Below are positions 1 to 9,428 of a stretch of 64,000 nt of DNA, one piece after another. The first letter of the stretch is position 1. Each line of letters starts with the position of its first letter. The translations under genes were made by a program, and so were the position numbers. This stretch comes from Bdellovibrionales bacterium. GTDB lineage: Bacteria > Bdellovibrionota > Bdellovibrionia > Bdellovibrionales > UBA1609. The stretch spans positions 352,001 through 416,000 of the forward strand of contig CBDHDF010000010.1 of assembly GCA_965261545.1 (NCBI GenBank), given 5' to 3'. The notes below the pieces were generated by a model. That model made no database searches. It had not been told where the DNA came from and saw nothing but the letters and a program-made list of their open reading frames with translations.

Positions 1-1186
1 TTTGTTCTGCATTTAATTCAGGTTTTTTATTTTTGTCGTCAGCCATCTTTACATATTTCTTATAACCTTTATTGGAAACAAAAGTACTAGACTGAACACC
101 TTTAGAAGATAGTTTTCCTTCGATCTTTTCAAGAAGGGATTCTCTAGATTTTTTATCTCTCTCTGCTCTTTTCCTAGACCAAGTCACAATACATCTATGC
201 CCCCCATGGTCTGTTTCGTAAACAGCAAGCTCATTCTCATATACCCAGCTAAAACGATTTAAATCATAGACCTCTTGTTTCTTTTCTTTTTTTAAAGATC
301 CAAGCTTCATACCAACAATAAACTCGCTTTGATCCTCACTGAGTTTGTCAGTATTAGCCTTTGATAAAAGCCCCCTATCAGCCACAAAAATGAAACGGCG
401 TACATTAAACTTTTTTCTCATTTTATCAACAATATCTGAAAGCGTCTTGCCTTCAAAAGTATTACCAGGGAAAACCTCAAAACCTAAAGGGATGCCATCC
501 CGATTCACCAACAAACCAAAGACAACTTGGGTGCAGTCTGATCGTCTCTCTTTACTATAGCCAAATTGACGAAGTTTCCCTAAGTCTGTTCTTGTACTCT
601 CGAAGCGTAAGGTTGTTAAATCATACAACACAATGTCTACTTGGAAATTAAATAAATCTCGCCCCACCCAATAAAGCGAGTTCTCTATTTCATCCTTATG
701 GGAGGCAAGTAAGTCCATAGACCGATAAATATGCTGGAGACTCAAATCACCCTTAATCATGTCTGGGTAAAAAGATTTTTGCCAATACTCAAAAACCTTT
801 AACTTGGAACTAGGAGCAATAAATCGGCTGGCAACTAAGGTAAAAATCACCTTACATAAATCAAATTGAACTTTCTCATGAGAATCTTTTATGTCTTTGA
901 GGGTCTTATTGATACCCAGTTGATCAAACAACTTTTGTAAAATCAGCAAGGGACCCAAAATGAAAGTCTCTTCGATGTAAAGCTCCTTAGCCAATTGACT
1001 CACAGTGAGAAGCTCTCGGTGGCGGGATACGGCCTGCGCCAAACTATTAATCTTATCCTCTCCTCCTTCTCCAGCCTTACCTAAGGACATGAGCATGCGT
1101 TTTTTGGATTTGCCTTTTTCTCTGTAGGACTCCACAAGGTGGTAGTAGCACTGACCTTTTGAGTTTTTAGTCGTTTGGATGTACAT
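1..1186 (-). CDS. IS1634-family DDE transposase; N-terminus intact (MYIQTTKNSKGQCYYHLVESYR...), cut by the window edge
   Basis: Manual translation from ATG 1186. Same protein as ORF 9429..11039 (YDLTTLRFES, FVADRG motifs). Confidence 0.9.
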   Translation of the reverse strand, partial: MYIQTTKNSKGQCYYHLVESYREKGKSKKRMLMSLGKAGEGGEDKINSLAQAVSRHRELLTVSQLAKELYIEETFILGPLLILQKLFDQLGINKTLKDIKDSHEKVQFDLCKVIFTLVASRFIAPSSKLKVFEYWQKSFYPDMIKGDLSLQHIYRSMDLLASHKDEIENSLYWVGRDLFNFQVDIVLYDLTTLRFESTRTDLGKLRQFGYSKERRSDCTQVVFGLLVNRDGIPLGFEVFPGNTFEGKTLSDIVDKMRKKFNVRRFIFVADRGLLSKANTDKLSEDQSEFIVGMKLGSLKKEKKQEVYDLNRFSWVYENELAVYETDHGGHRCIVTWSRKRAERDKKSRESLLEKIEGKLSSKGVQSSTFVSNKGYKKYVKMADDKNKKPELNAEQ

Positions 1187-1366
1187 GAGGATATTTTCTA
1201 CATATTTCTATGATATATCAATATTTAAAACGATAAAATCCTATTTTGTTTTCTACACTTTTTTTACGTCAATTTTAATTTTTCCAGCAGCTACCATTAT
1301 ATTTCAGTACAACCCCAATTTCTGGAAATTTCGCATTTTAACGCAGATGCTGCTGTCAAACTCGGG
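1..1366 (-). mobile_element. IS1634-family element A, copy 1 (runs off the left edge)
   Basis: Near-identical to 9905-11055 plus 12961-13175. Terminal IR ...acgcagatgctgctgtcaaactcggg ends at 1366. Confidence 0.9.
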
Positions 1367-1854
1367 ATTGAGCTTCCTTGAAAAATACTCTTTTCTCTCA
1401 CAGATTTCGTATTTTTTTCTACTGGCAACAAAAGGTCTTGCCAAATGAGAGAATGTAAGCAACGCGGCACTCCTATCTTGAAAATAAGTTTTTCCAAGAT
1501 TACGGTGTCCACACTAGCGAAATAAGATTTAACATCTGTCTTAAAAACGTAGGAGTAATTTGTCCTTTGGTGGTACAGTTGGCGGATCGCATAGTTCCGC
1601 CCTTTGCCTGCAGTAGACACATAGTTGTGGGCCACCCAATTCTTTGTTGCTACCATATCTCTCAAATAAGATGACAAGCAAAAATCTACAAATCGATCTT
1701 CCCATTCTTTGTAATAAGTTATTAGTTTACCGCCAATGAATTGGGTTTTTCTTTCCGAAAAAAAATAGGATTGATTTTTAATTTGATGGTTGAGTTCGCT
1801 CACAAATTCTTCTTTACGTTGGGCCCAAGACAAAAGGCGAGAACTGTGTTTGGA
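1367..1854 (-). pseudogene. Reverse transcriptase, middle fragment (approx. motifs 1-4)
   Basis: EDRFVD, GKGRNYAI, VFKTDVKSYFASVD (first catalytic Asp) and IFQGSSI motifs. Cut by IS ends at 1366 and 1855. Confidence 0.85.
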
Positions 1855-3362
1855 CAGCAATTCCCGTCGAAAAATAGTTTAGGCCACAGTAGTGGCTTCC
1901 AAAAGATTCGCCTCAAAAAGAGTTCGTAGACTTTTGCCTAAGTATCTGTTTGAATATTTGTTGTTGCACATCAGACCAAGGAGGGTTCGTCATGTCGCAT
2001 CAACATTTTAGAAAAGGTCTATCCGCTTCAGGAATGTATTCCCTGTTACACAGTAAATCTCTTGCAGTTCCAGATATAAGATCGCAGCGTCCCCATAGGA
2101 TTCCTCTGAGCGATGCCATTATGTCATCTGTGGCAATGTTTGCCTTGAAAGATCCATCCATGCTTCAGTTTTGTGATCGTGTCCATGACCCAGTGGCAAA
2201 AAACAACCTACACCATTTGTTTCAAATAGGCCAAATTCCTAGTGATACGGCTATGCGAGAGATTTTAGATCCTGTTCCAACCCGTGAGTTTCAAAATTTT
2301 TTTAAATCTTTGTTTACCGTAGCTCAAAGAGGGAAGGTTTTGGAGGGTTACCCATATTTGGGTGGAAAATATCTTCTCAGCATTGATGGAACAGGTGCCT
2401 TTAGCTCCTCGACTATTCATTGTGAGAATTGTTGTATAAAGAATCATCGTGATGAGACGAAGACCTACTATCATCAAATGTTAGCAGGAGTGATTGTTCA
2501 CCCCGATAAGAAACAGGTTATACCTATTGCTCCAGAGCCCATTTCAAACACAGATGGATCGAGCAAAAATGATTGTGAGCGTAATGCAGCCAAACGACTC
2601 CTTGAAGATTTTCGCAGGGAACACCCTCACCTTCCAGTGATTGTTATTGAGGATGGATTGGCTTCCAATGCTCCTCACATCACTCTTCTTAACGAATTAA
2701 AATTAAGTTATATTTTAGGCTGTAAGATGGGGGACCACAAAGTTTTATTTGAGTTTGTAAATGGAGCAGATAGCTTAGGAACAGTTTCTCACTTCACCGT
2801 GGTAGAGAATGGAGTGACACATGAATTTCGATTCATAAATGATGTTTCACTCAATGATTCAAATCCTGATTGTCGAGTGAATTTTATTGAATACAAAGAA
2901 ACGAAAGCAAACGGTAAGGTTCAGCACTTTAGCTGGGTGACTGACATTGAGATCAACGAAGACAACATAATGCAAATAATGAGGGGGGGAAGAGCACGCT
3001 GGAAGATAGAAAATGAAACATTTAATACGTTAAAGAATTTGGGTTACAACTTTGAGCACAATTTTGGCCACGGCAAGCAAAATTTGTCTAACAATTTAGC
3101 CGTGATTATGATGCTGGTATTTTTAGTGGACCAACTTCAACATTTGGCCTGTAAATTGTTTCAAAAGGCGGTAGAAAAAGAGAGGAGACTATCTTATCTA
3201 TGGGATCATATGAGGGGGTATTTCCATACCCTATACTTTAAAAATTGGCAGGAACTCCTCGCCATAATGGCTTATGGGATTAAGCCTATTGAGGTGGACC
3301 CCAATGTCAGACTGAAAAACTTGATTTTTAAGCTACACCACAGCGCACAAAGAAGCCCCGTG

Positions 3363-4211
3363 TTAATGTGTTAAATCCACCTCTCCCATATGCACCTGAT
3401 AAGGGGTGCAATCCTGAAGAGACTGGTGTGGCCTTTTATTATTATAAAAATTAAAATACGTTTTAAAACCTTTGTTGGCTTGAACCATTGATTTGTCTTG
3501 ATAGCCTTTCAAGTAAACCTCTTCGTACTTAACAGACCGCCAAAGCCGCTCGATCATGATGTTGTCTAAACACCTGCCTTTGCCGTCCATACTGATCGAG
3601 ATTCCATGATTTTTCAATAATTTTGTGAAAACCTCAGAAGTGAATTGGCACCCTTGATCAGTATTGACGATATCAGGGCAACCAAATGTTTCTATGGCTT
3701 CCTCAAAGACTTCTAAACAAAAAGTTGTCTCAAGGCTATTAGAAAGTCTCCAAGACAGAACAAATCGGCTAAACCAATCTATCACAGCTACCAAGTAAGC
3801 AAAGCCACCAGACAACCTTATAAAAGTAATATCAGTAGCCCACACTTGGTTGGGGAAGCAGATATTAAGCCCCTTAAGTAGGTAGGGATAAACCTTATGC
3901 TGATGGTTTCGCTGACTGGTGTTTGGACCTGGGAAGATAGCGAAAAGACACATCTTTTCCATGAGCCGCTGAATCCTCTTGCGGTTGACCCCATGGCCAT
4001 TAAGTCTTAAGTGAGCTGCCATTTTACGGCTCCCATAAAAAGGGGTCTCCAAGTACTGTTTGTCAATTAAACTCATCAGTTTTAAGTTGTAGGCACTCTC
4101 AGGTATGGGCTTGTAGTACAAGGCTCCCTTAGAGAGTCCTAGCAACTCACATTGGCGAGTGACACAAATATTTGGATGTTTCCAATTGATAGCGGCTTTT
4201 TTCTCAGGCAT
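3363..4211 (-). CDS. IS3 OrfB (rve-type DDE domain)
   Basis: [32 protein letters not shown] motifs. Confidence 0.95.
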   Translation of the reverse strand: MPEKKAAINWKHPNICVTRQCELLGLSKGALYYKPIPESAYNLKLMSLIDKQYLETPFYGSRKMAAHLRLNGHGVNRKRIQRLMEKMCLFAIFPGPNTSQRNHQHKVYPYLLKGLNICFPNQVWATDITFIRLSGGFAYLVAVIDWFSRFVLSWRLSNSLETTFCLEVFEEAIETFGCPDIVNTDQGCQFTSEVFTKLLKNHGISISMDGKGRCLDNIMIERLWRSVKYEEVYLKGYQDKSMVQANKGFKTYFNFYNNKRPHQSLQDCTPYQVHMGEVDLTH

Positions 4212-4494
4212 TGAAGCTCTCAGATTTTTTTTTTAACCAATCATTTTCAACCTTTAACTGCCCTATTTGCCGATACAATTCATCAATGGTTTTTCTTTGT
4301 TCTTCTACCTCGTTGTTGTCCTTTTTTTTGCTCGCTAAGGCCTTAGGAATGGCTTCAATAGCTTGCTTCTTCCAATCTTGGATTTGGATGCGGTGAACTC
4401 CATGCTTGGAGGCCAACTCTGCCATTGTGTCAGTCTCACGAATGGCGTCAAGTGCGACTCTGGCCTTAAATTGTGCGCTGTGTTTCTTTCTCAT
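4204..4494 (-). CDS. IS3 OrfA (HTH); A10 slippery run at 4225-4234 for -1 frameshift into OrfB
   Basis: [15 protein letters not shown]...[18 protein letters not shown]. Overlaps orfB in the -1 frame. Confidence 0.92.
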   Translation of the reverse strand: MRKKHSAQFKARVALDAIRETDTMAELASKHGVHRIQIQDWKKQAIEAIPKALASKKKDNNEVEEQRKTIDELYRQIGQLKVENDWLKKKSESFNA

Positions 4495-4789
4495 TATCCC
4501 CTCCTATGAGGGGCTTTTTACCCGCTGCGGTGTAACTTAGCAACCAGTCTGTTTTTGGGGTCCACTATATATTGCTGCCTCAGATGTTTTCGACACATCA
4601 TGAGCAGCCATTTTTCTCAAAGTGCCCCAAAGAGTTTAACGTATTTGCCCTAAACTAAAGTCTGGACATTCGCCTCTAAATGGCGAAGACGGGGAGGTTT
4701 ACCTTATTCGATGCAGTGCAATTCTCACACTGAGATTTGGAGGAATTTCAATGTTTTTTCAAGCTCGGCGGGAATTTCTGGTGTTTGGA

Positions 4790-4837
4790 CTTGTGATTAG
4801 AAATGAACGCTGCTAACTTATCTAGTGAGGTTATCAT
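4790..4837 (-). pseudogene. Reverse transcriptase true N-terminus (MITSLDKLAAFISNHK)
   Basis: Joins in frame to SKHSSRLLSW... at 1854 once the IS and one TSD copy are removed. Confidence 0.8.
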
Positions 4838-4892
4838 GATCGATCTATGGCCTCTTGGGAAGGGGGATGCCCCCTTGGGTTACACTAGGGCT

Positions 4893-6309
4893 CAATGCCG
4901 TTTCCTTAAGCCACCACACCCCTCTGCCTCTGCGTTAAGCTATTTCTTTTAAAAGAACTCCCAGCCCTTTTGATAGACCTTTCATAGCTTCTTTTGAAGT
5001 GCCTCCTCTTCTCCATTGAAATCTTCATCAGCAACTTTATCTGCTTCCTAAATTTCTGATAGAGCCCCGCAACAAAAAGAGGGATGCTATCCATTATGAA
5101 ATCAAGAATCAGTTTAAAGTTAGGTTTTTTGTAGTCATTTTTTACCAACTGATTCACACTGTCTTCATCCTCATTTATGCTCATTTGAATCTTTGTATAA
5201 TTGAAGAGCCAAAAATAAGAATACAGCTCTTGCAATATTCCATTAAGGCTTGTTGAGTGCCACTGCTCCATTTTCATTGTCGATGTAAAATCACGAAATG
5301 TCGTTTCTATTTCCCAACGACGAGAGTAAAGAGCAACCATATCCTTCTTGTCCAAGGAGCCATGCGGAAGATTAGTGGCCAAAACAGAGAACTCCCCAGT
5401 CTTTGGGTTTTTATACTTATAGAGATGAATGACCACCCCCTCAATAACCATTCGTGAATACCAACCTGGGCCATTAAATAAATTTACAATGGGGATAAAA
5501 GTAGAGCCTCGCTTACAACGCGCAATAAAGAAGTTACTGGCTTGAGCATGGGCCTTAATAATCTCTGTAGATAAATAAAGCCTATCGTAGAGAGTTATGC
5601 TATTACTCTCAAAACTACCTATCATTTGAATAGCATTGGCGATTTCGTTCAGAGCGGGAGAATAGCAAAGATTCTTTGTCACACCCGATAAAACGTCATA
5701 AGCATGAGATAGATACATACGTAAGAAATGAGTTTCCATCTCATTTGGGCAAGGGTACCCACAATAACCCTCCTTTAAAAGATCTTTAGAGCGAGGAAGT
5801 GCTAATTGGTCGCCATCTATGGCATAGATATAAAAACCATGAAACGTTTTTCTCAATGGTTCGTAGTCTGTAATCAAAGATTCAAAGATATCTTTGAAAA
5901 ATAGGTAAGAAATACTTTGACGTATCTTGCTGAGACTGCTTTTGACTGGCATGAGAAGCAGGTCACCAAAATGAGTCCATACCGTCTTAAGAGCGATTTG
6001 GTAGCCTTCGTAATTTGTTCCGGAAATAAGATAGATAATGGTAAAAAAGAAAATTTGAGGATTAAATTTTCGATTCCTTTTTTGTTTTTCTGGATCGACA
6101 AGGTGCTCTGACTTGAAGGAAGAATCAAGTTTTGGTAGAATAAAATGGTCATCTGTGACGCGAACTCGTCATTTGGGGGCTTTCGAGATCAATATTGGAT
6201 TGCATGTGACTTACTCCTTGGTTGAGGGTTGGGTGTAAAATAAAACAAGTCTTATTCTTGTCGATTTATCTAATAATTTCAAGAGATTTTTCTTAAGGAA
6301 ACGGCATTG
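4893..6309 (-). mobile_element. IS4-family element, 1417 bp
   Basis: Perfect 18-bp IR caatgccgtttccttaag. 10-bp TSD cactagggct at 4883-4892 and 6310-6319. Confidence 0.92.
4906..6205 (-). CDS. IS4-family transposase; 5' end out of frame with the SD-preceded ATG at 6205
   Basis: AIDGD, LYDRLY, YSRRWEIETTFR (YREK-like) motifs. Main frame is open upstream of M5952 to about 6170. Confidence 0.85.
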
Positions 6310-6401
6310 CACTAGGGCTATTTAAATTGGAGAAGTGATCTCGTTAACATTAACATTTGAATCCCCTGTGTGTGGCTGAGCCACAAAGGCAGACACGCCC
6401 G

Positions 6402-7346
6402 TTAAGGCGATGTCGCGGACGGTATACAGACCCCGCGGAGTTCATCAAATCGCGACGCTACTGTCGTTACACTTATCGCGACCGTACTATGACGCCCGTC
6501 GATTGAATTGTGGACGTAATGGCGATTGATTACTTCCACTTTAGTTCGCGCCATCGATCGTCAAGTGAACATAATTCGGTAGTGAGACCCGTGTTCGACG
6601 CTCGCAATGTACCCGGTCTTGCAACTTATTACCGGCCATTCAGGGAAATCCCCGATCATCATCCCCTTCTTGATCACGACCGGCCCTGCGGTCGGGCCCT
6701 TTACGGCCGCCATCTCAATCATCGGCACCGCCTTTACGGCAGCCACCAGTTGACCGCAACTCACTATCGGAGCATCCGCACGCCCGGGAGCTGCAGCGTC
6801 GGCAGGACTCGTCGAAAGTAGTATCCGCGCTTGCGGCGGACGGAACGGTCTGACGTAAGACCCATCCACAAATGCGACCGACAAATCACCCTGAAACTCT
6901 CCCGTTGTCCCTGTGGGACGAATATTCTTGACCTGCACAGACTGAACTGTAAGCCTGTTGTACACAGCGGTGCCCGCTGCAGCAATGATGTTATGGGATC
7001 CTGTAAAATCACAACCTGTGCGTATGCTCCCGAGGTTGATGTCACTGGGCGTCTCATCAGGTCTCGTGTCGATGGTAAATGGACCTATGGTCTGCTTGAG
7101 ACCATCTTCTGGACTCGAATTTATGCTATCCTTAAAGTGGCAGTTACAGGTCTCAGTATTTTTTAGGGCTTGGAGGATTAAGTAGTGGTTACTTGCGGCT
7201 GCGAGCTGTTCTTTGATGGATGTGAGTTCCGTATGTTGAAAAGAAAACATTTGAATGAGAGTTGTCAGCAGCATCCCAGTAATGACAGTTGCTACCAGAG
7301 TGGCAGCCAGAGAAAAACCTCTATTATTAATATTAATTAGATTCAC
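6402..7346 (-). pseudogene. Type IV pilin/pseudopilin-like protein with one internal TGA (6561-6563)
   Basis: NNRG|FSL plus hydrophobic helix and CxC motif. Frame stays open 52 codons past the TGA to TAA at 6402. Paralog of 60172..61131. Confidence 0.65.
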
Positions 7347-7390
7347 TTAACACCTCTCAACCAAAAAAATATACCATACTAATAGAATAA

Positions 7391-9033
7391 CAGAAATTCC
7401 CGCCGAGCTTGAAAAAACATTGAAATTCCTCCAAATCTCAGTGTGAGAATTGCACTGCATCGAATAAGGTAAACCTCCCCGTCTTCGCCATTTAGAGGCG
7501 AATGTCCAGACTTTAGTTTAGGGCAAATACGTTAAACTCTTTGGGGCACTTTGAGAAAAATGGCTGCTCATGATGTGTCGAAAACATCTGAGGCAGCAAT
7601 AGGCTTAATCCCATAAGCCATTATGGCGAGGAGTTCCTGCCAATTTTTAAAGTATAGGGTATGGAAATACCCCCTCATATGATCCCATAGATAAGATAGT
7701 CTCCTCTCTTTTTCTACCGCCTTTTGAAACAATTTACAGGCCAAATGTTGAAGTTGGTCCACTAAAAATACCAGCATCATAATCACGGCTAAATTGTTAC
7801 ACAAATTTTGCTTGCCGTGGCCAAAATTGTGCTCAAAGTTGTAACCCAAATTCTTTAACGTATTAAATGTTTCATTTTCTATCTTCCAGCGTGCTCTTCC
7901 CCCCCTCATTATTTGCATTATGTTGTCTTCGTTGATCTCAATGTCAGTCACCCAGCTAAAGTGCTGAACCTTACCGTTTGCTTTCGTTTCTTTGTATTCA
8001 ATAAAATTCACTCGACAATCAGGATTTGAATCATTGAGTGAAACATCATTTATGAATCGAAATTCATGTGTCACTCCATTCTCTACCACGGTGAAGTGAG
8101 AAACTGTTCCTAAGCTATCTGCTCCATTTACAAACTCAAATAAAACTTTGTGGTCCCCCATCTTACAGCCTAAAATATAACTTAGTTTTAATTCGTTAAG
8201 AAGAGTGATGTGAGGAGCATTGGAAGCCAATCCATCCTCAATAACAATCACTGGAAGGTGAGGGTGTTCCCTGCGAAAATCTTCAAGGAGTCGTTTGGCT
8301 GCATTACGCTCACAATCATTTTTGCTCGATCCATCTGTGTTTGAAATGGGCTCTGGAGCAATAGGTATAACCTGTTTCTTATCGGGGTGAACAATCACTC
8401 CTGCTAACATTTGATGATAGTAGGTCTTCGTCTCATCACGATGATTCTTTATACAACAATTCTCACAATGAATAGTCGAGGAGCTAAAGGCACCTGTTCC
8501 ATCAATGCTGAGAAGATATTTTCCACCCAAATATGGGTAACCCTCCAAAACCTTCCCTCTTTGAGCTACGGTAAACAAAGATTTAAAAAAATTTTGAAAC
8601 TCACGGGTTGGAACAGGATCTAAAATCTCTCGCATAGCCGTATCACTAGGAATTTGGCCTATTTGAAACAAATGGTGTAGGTTGTTTTTTGCCACTGGGT
8701 CATGGACACGATCACAAAACTGAAGCATGGATGGATCTTTCAAGGCAAACATTGCCACAGATGACATAATGGCATCGCTCAGAGGAATCCTATGGGGACG
8801 CTGCGATCTTATATCTGGAACTGCAAGAGATTTACTGTGTAACAGGGAATACATTCCTGAAGCGGATAGACCTTTTCTAAAATGTTGATGCGACATGACG
8901 AACCCTCCTTGGTCTGATGTGCAACAACAAATATTCAAACAGATACTTAGGCAAAAGTCTACGAACTCTTTTTGAGGCGAATCTTTTGGAAGCCACTACT
9001 GTGGCCTAAACTATTTTTCGACGGGAATTGCTG
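7391..9033 (-). mobile_element. 1643-bp DDE IS, copy 2 (intact)
   Basis: Inverted near-identical copy of 1855-4780 without IS3. 9-bp TSD atagaataa at 7382-7390 and 9034-9042. Confidence 0.93.
7568..8896 (-). CDS. DDE transposase (intact)
   Basis: ORF 7568..8938; likely start is the SD-preceded ATG at 8896. Confidence 0.92.
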   Translation of the reverse strand: MSHQHFRKGLSASGMYSLLHSKSLAVPDIRSQRPHRIPLSDAIMSSVAMFALKDPSMLQFCDRVHDPVAKNNLHHLFQIGQIPSDTAMREILDPVPTREFQNFFKSLFTVAQRGKVLEGYPYLGGKYLLSIDGTGAFSSSTIHCENCCIKNHRDETKTYYHQMLAGVIVHPDKKQVIPIAPEPISNTDGSSKNDCERNAAKRLLEDFRREHPHLPVIVIEDGLASNAPHITLLNELKLSYILGCKMGDHKVLFEFVNGADSLGTVSHFTVVENGVTHEFRFINDVSLNDSNPDCRVNFIEYKETKANGKVQHFSWVTDIEINEDNIMQIMRGGRARWKIENETFNTLKNLGYNFEHNFGHGKQNLCNNLAVIMMLVFLVDQLQHLACKLFQKAVEKERRLSYLWDHMRGYFHTLYFKNWQELLAIMAYGIKPIAASDVFDTS

Positions 9034-9066
9034 ATAGAATAACACTATCGTCATTGAAAGAACAAG

Positions 9067-9357
9067 ATTTACAAAAAAAAATCCATAGGTGTTTCTGATT
9101 GATACACAATTTTTTTATGAATCTATGATTTATGAGTTGATTTATGATTGCCTCGTGATTGCATTTGGTAAAAACGAGCAGCGTACTCTCCACTAAGGGC
9201 CATAAGCTCTTCGTGTTGCCCTTGTGTTCTCAAAGATGGCGCACATCTTTGAGAACAAGAATAGGAGCGTCCTTATAAGTGGATTTGCCACTGCCGCTGG
9301 ATCCAATAATGGCCAACATTTCCCCACGGCGAATGGAGAAATTGAGACCGCTGAGAA
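9067..9357. repeat. 291-bp direct repeat, left copy (long TSD of IS1634 element A)
   Basis: Matches 13176-13466 and abuts the IS terminus. Confidence 0.92.
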
Positions 9358-9428
9358 CCCGAGTTTGACAGCAGCATCTGCGTCAAACGAATGATATTAA
9401 AGGATTAACGCATATAGTTGTATTTTGT

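Larger units (their letters stand above)
3290..4569 (-). mobile_element. IS3-family element, 1280 bp
   Basis: Ends tgaggtggacccca / tggggtccactata, 3-bp TSD tat, orfA/orfB layout. Confidence 0.93.
1992..4603 (+). pseudogene. DDE transposase, last ~9 codons displaced by IS3 (now reads into IS3 to 3374)
   Basis: SIDGT, IEDGL, GRARWKIENE motifs. SD ggaggg precedes ATG 1992. Native tail AASDVFDTS resumes at about 4574-4603. Confidence 0.85.
1855..4780 (+). mobile_element. 1643-bp DDE IS (ISAs1/IS4-clan-like, often labelled ISNCY), copy 1, interrupted by IS3
   Basis: IRs cagcaattcccgtcga / cagaaattcccgccga. 9-bp TSD gtgtttgga at 1846-1854 and 4781-4789. Confidence 0.92.

Noticed and set aside
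1297..1366. C-terminal residues of ORF 1297..1860 as part of the RT
   Set aside because: They are read-through into the IS1634 terminus.
6561..6563. TGA recoding (alternative genetic code)
   Set aside because: Conserved genes such as thyA and atpC end normally at TGA.
1367..7346. Canonical DGR
   Set aside because: No TR/VR pair or avd seen, and motif 4 is QG-type rather than GxxxSQ. The region left of the window is unseen.
1855..9033. Composite transposon or inversion formed by the two inverted 1643-bp IS copies
   Set aside because: Each copy keeps its own matching 9-bp TSD, so they are independent insertions with no inversion.
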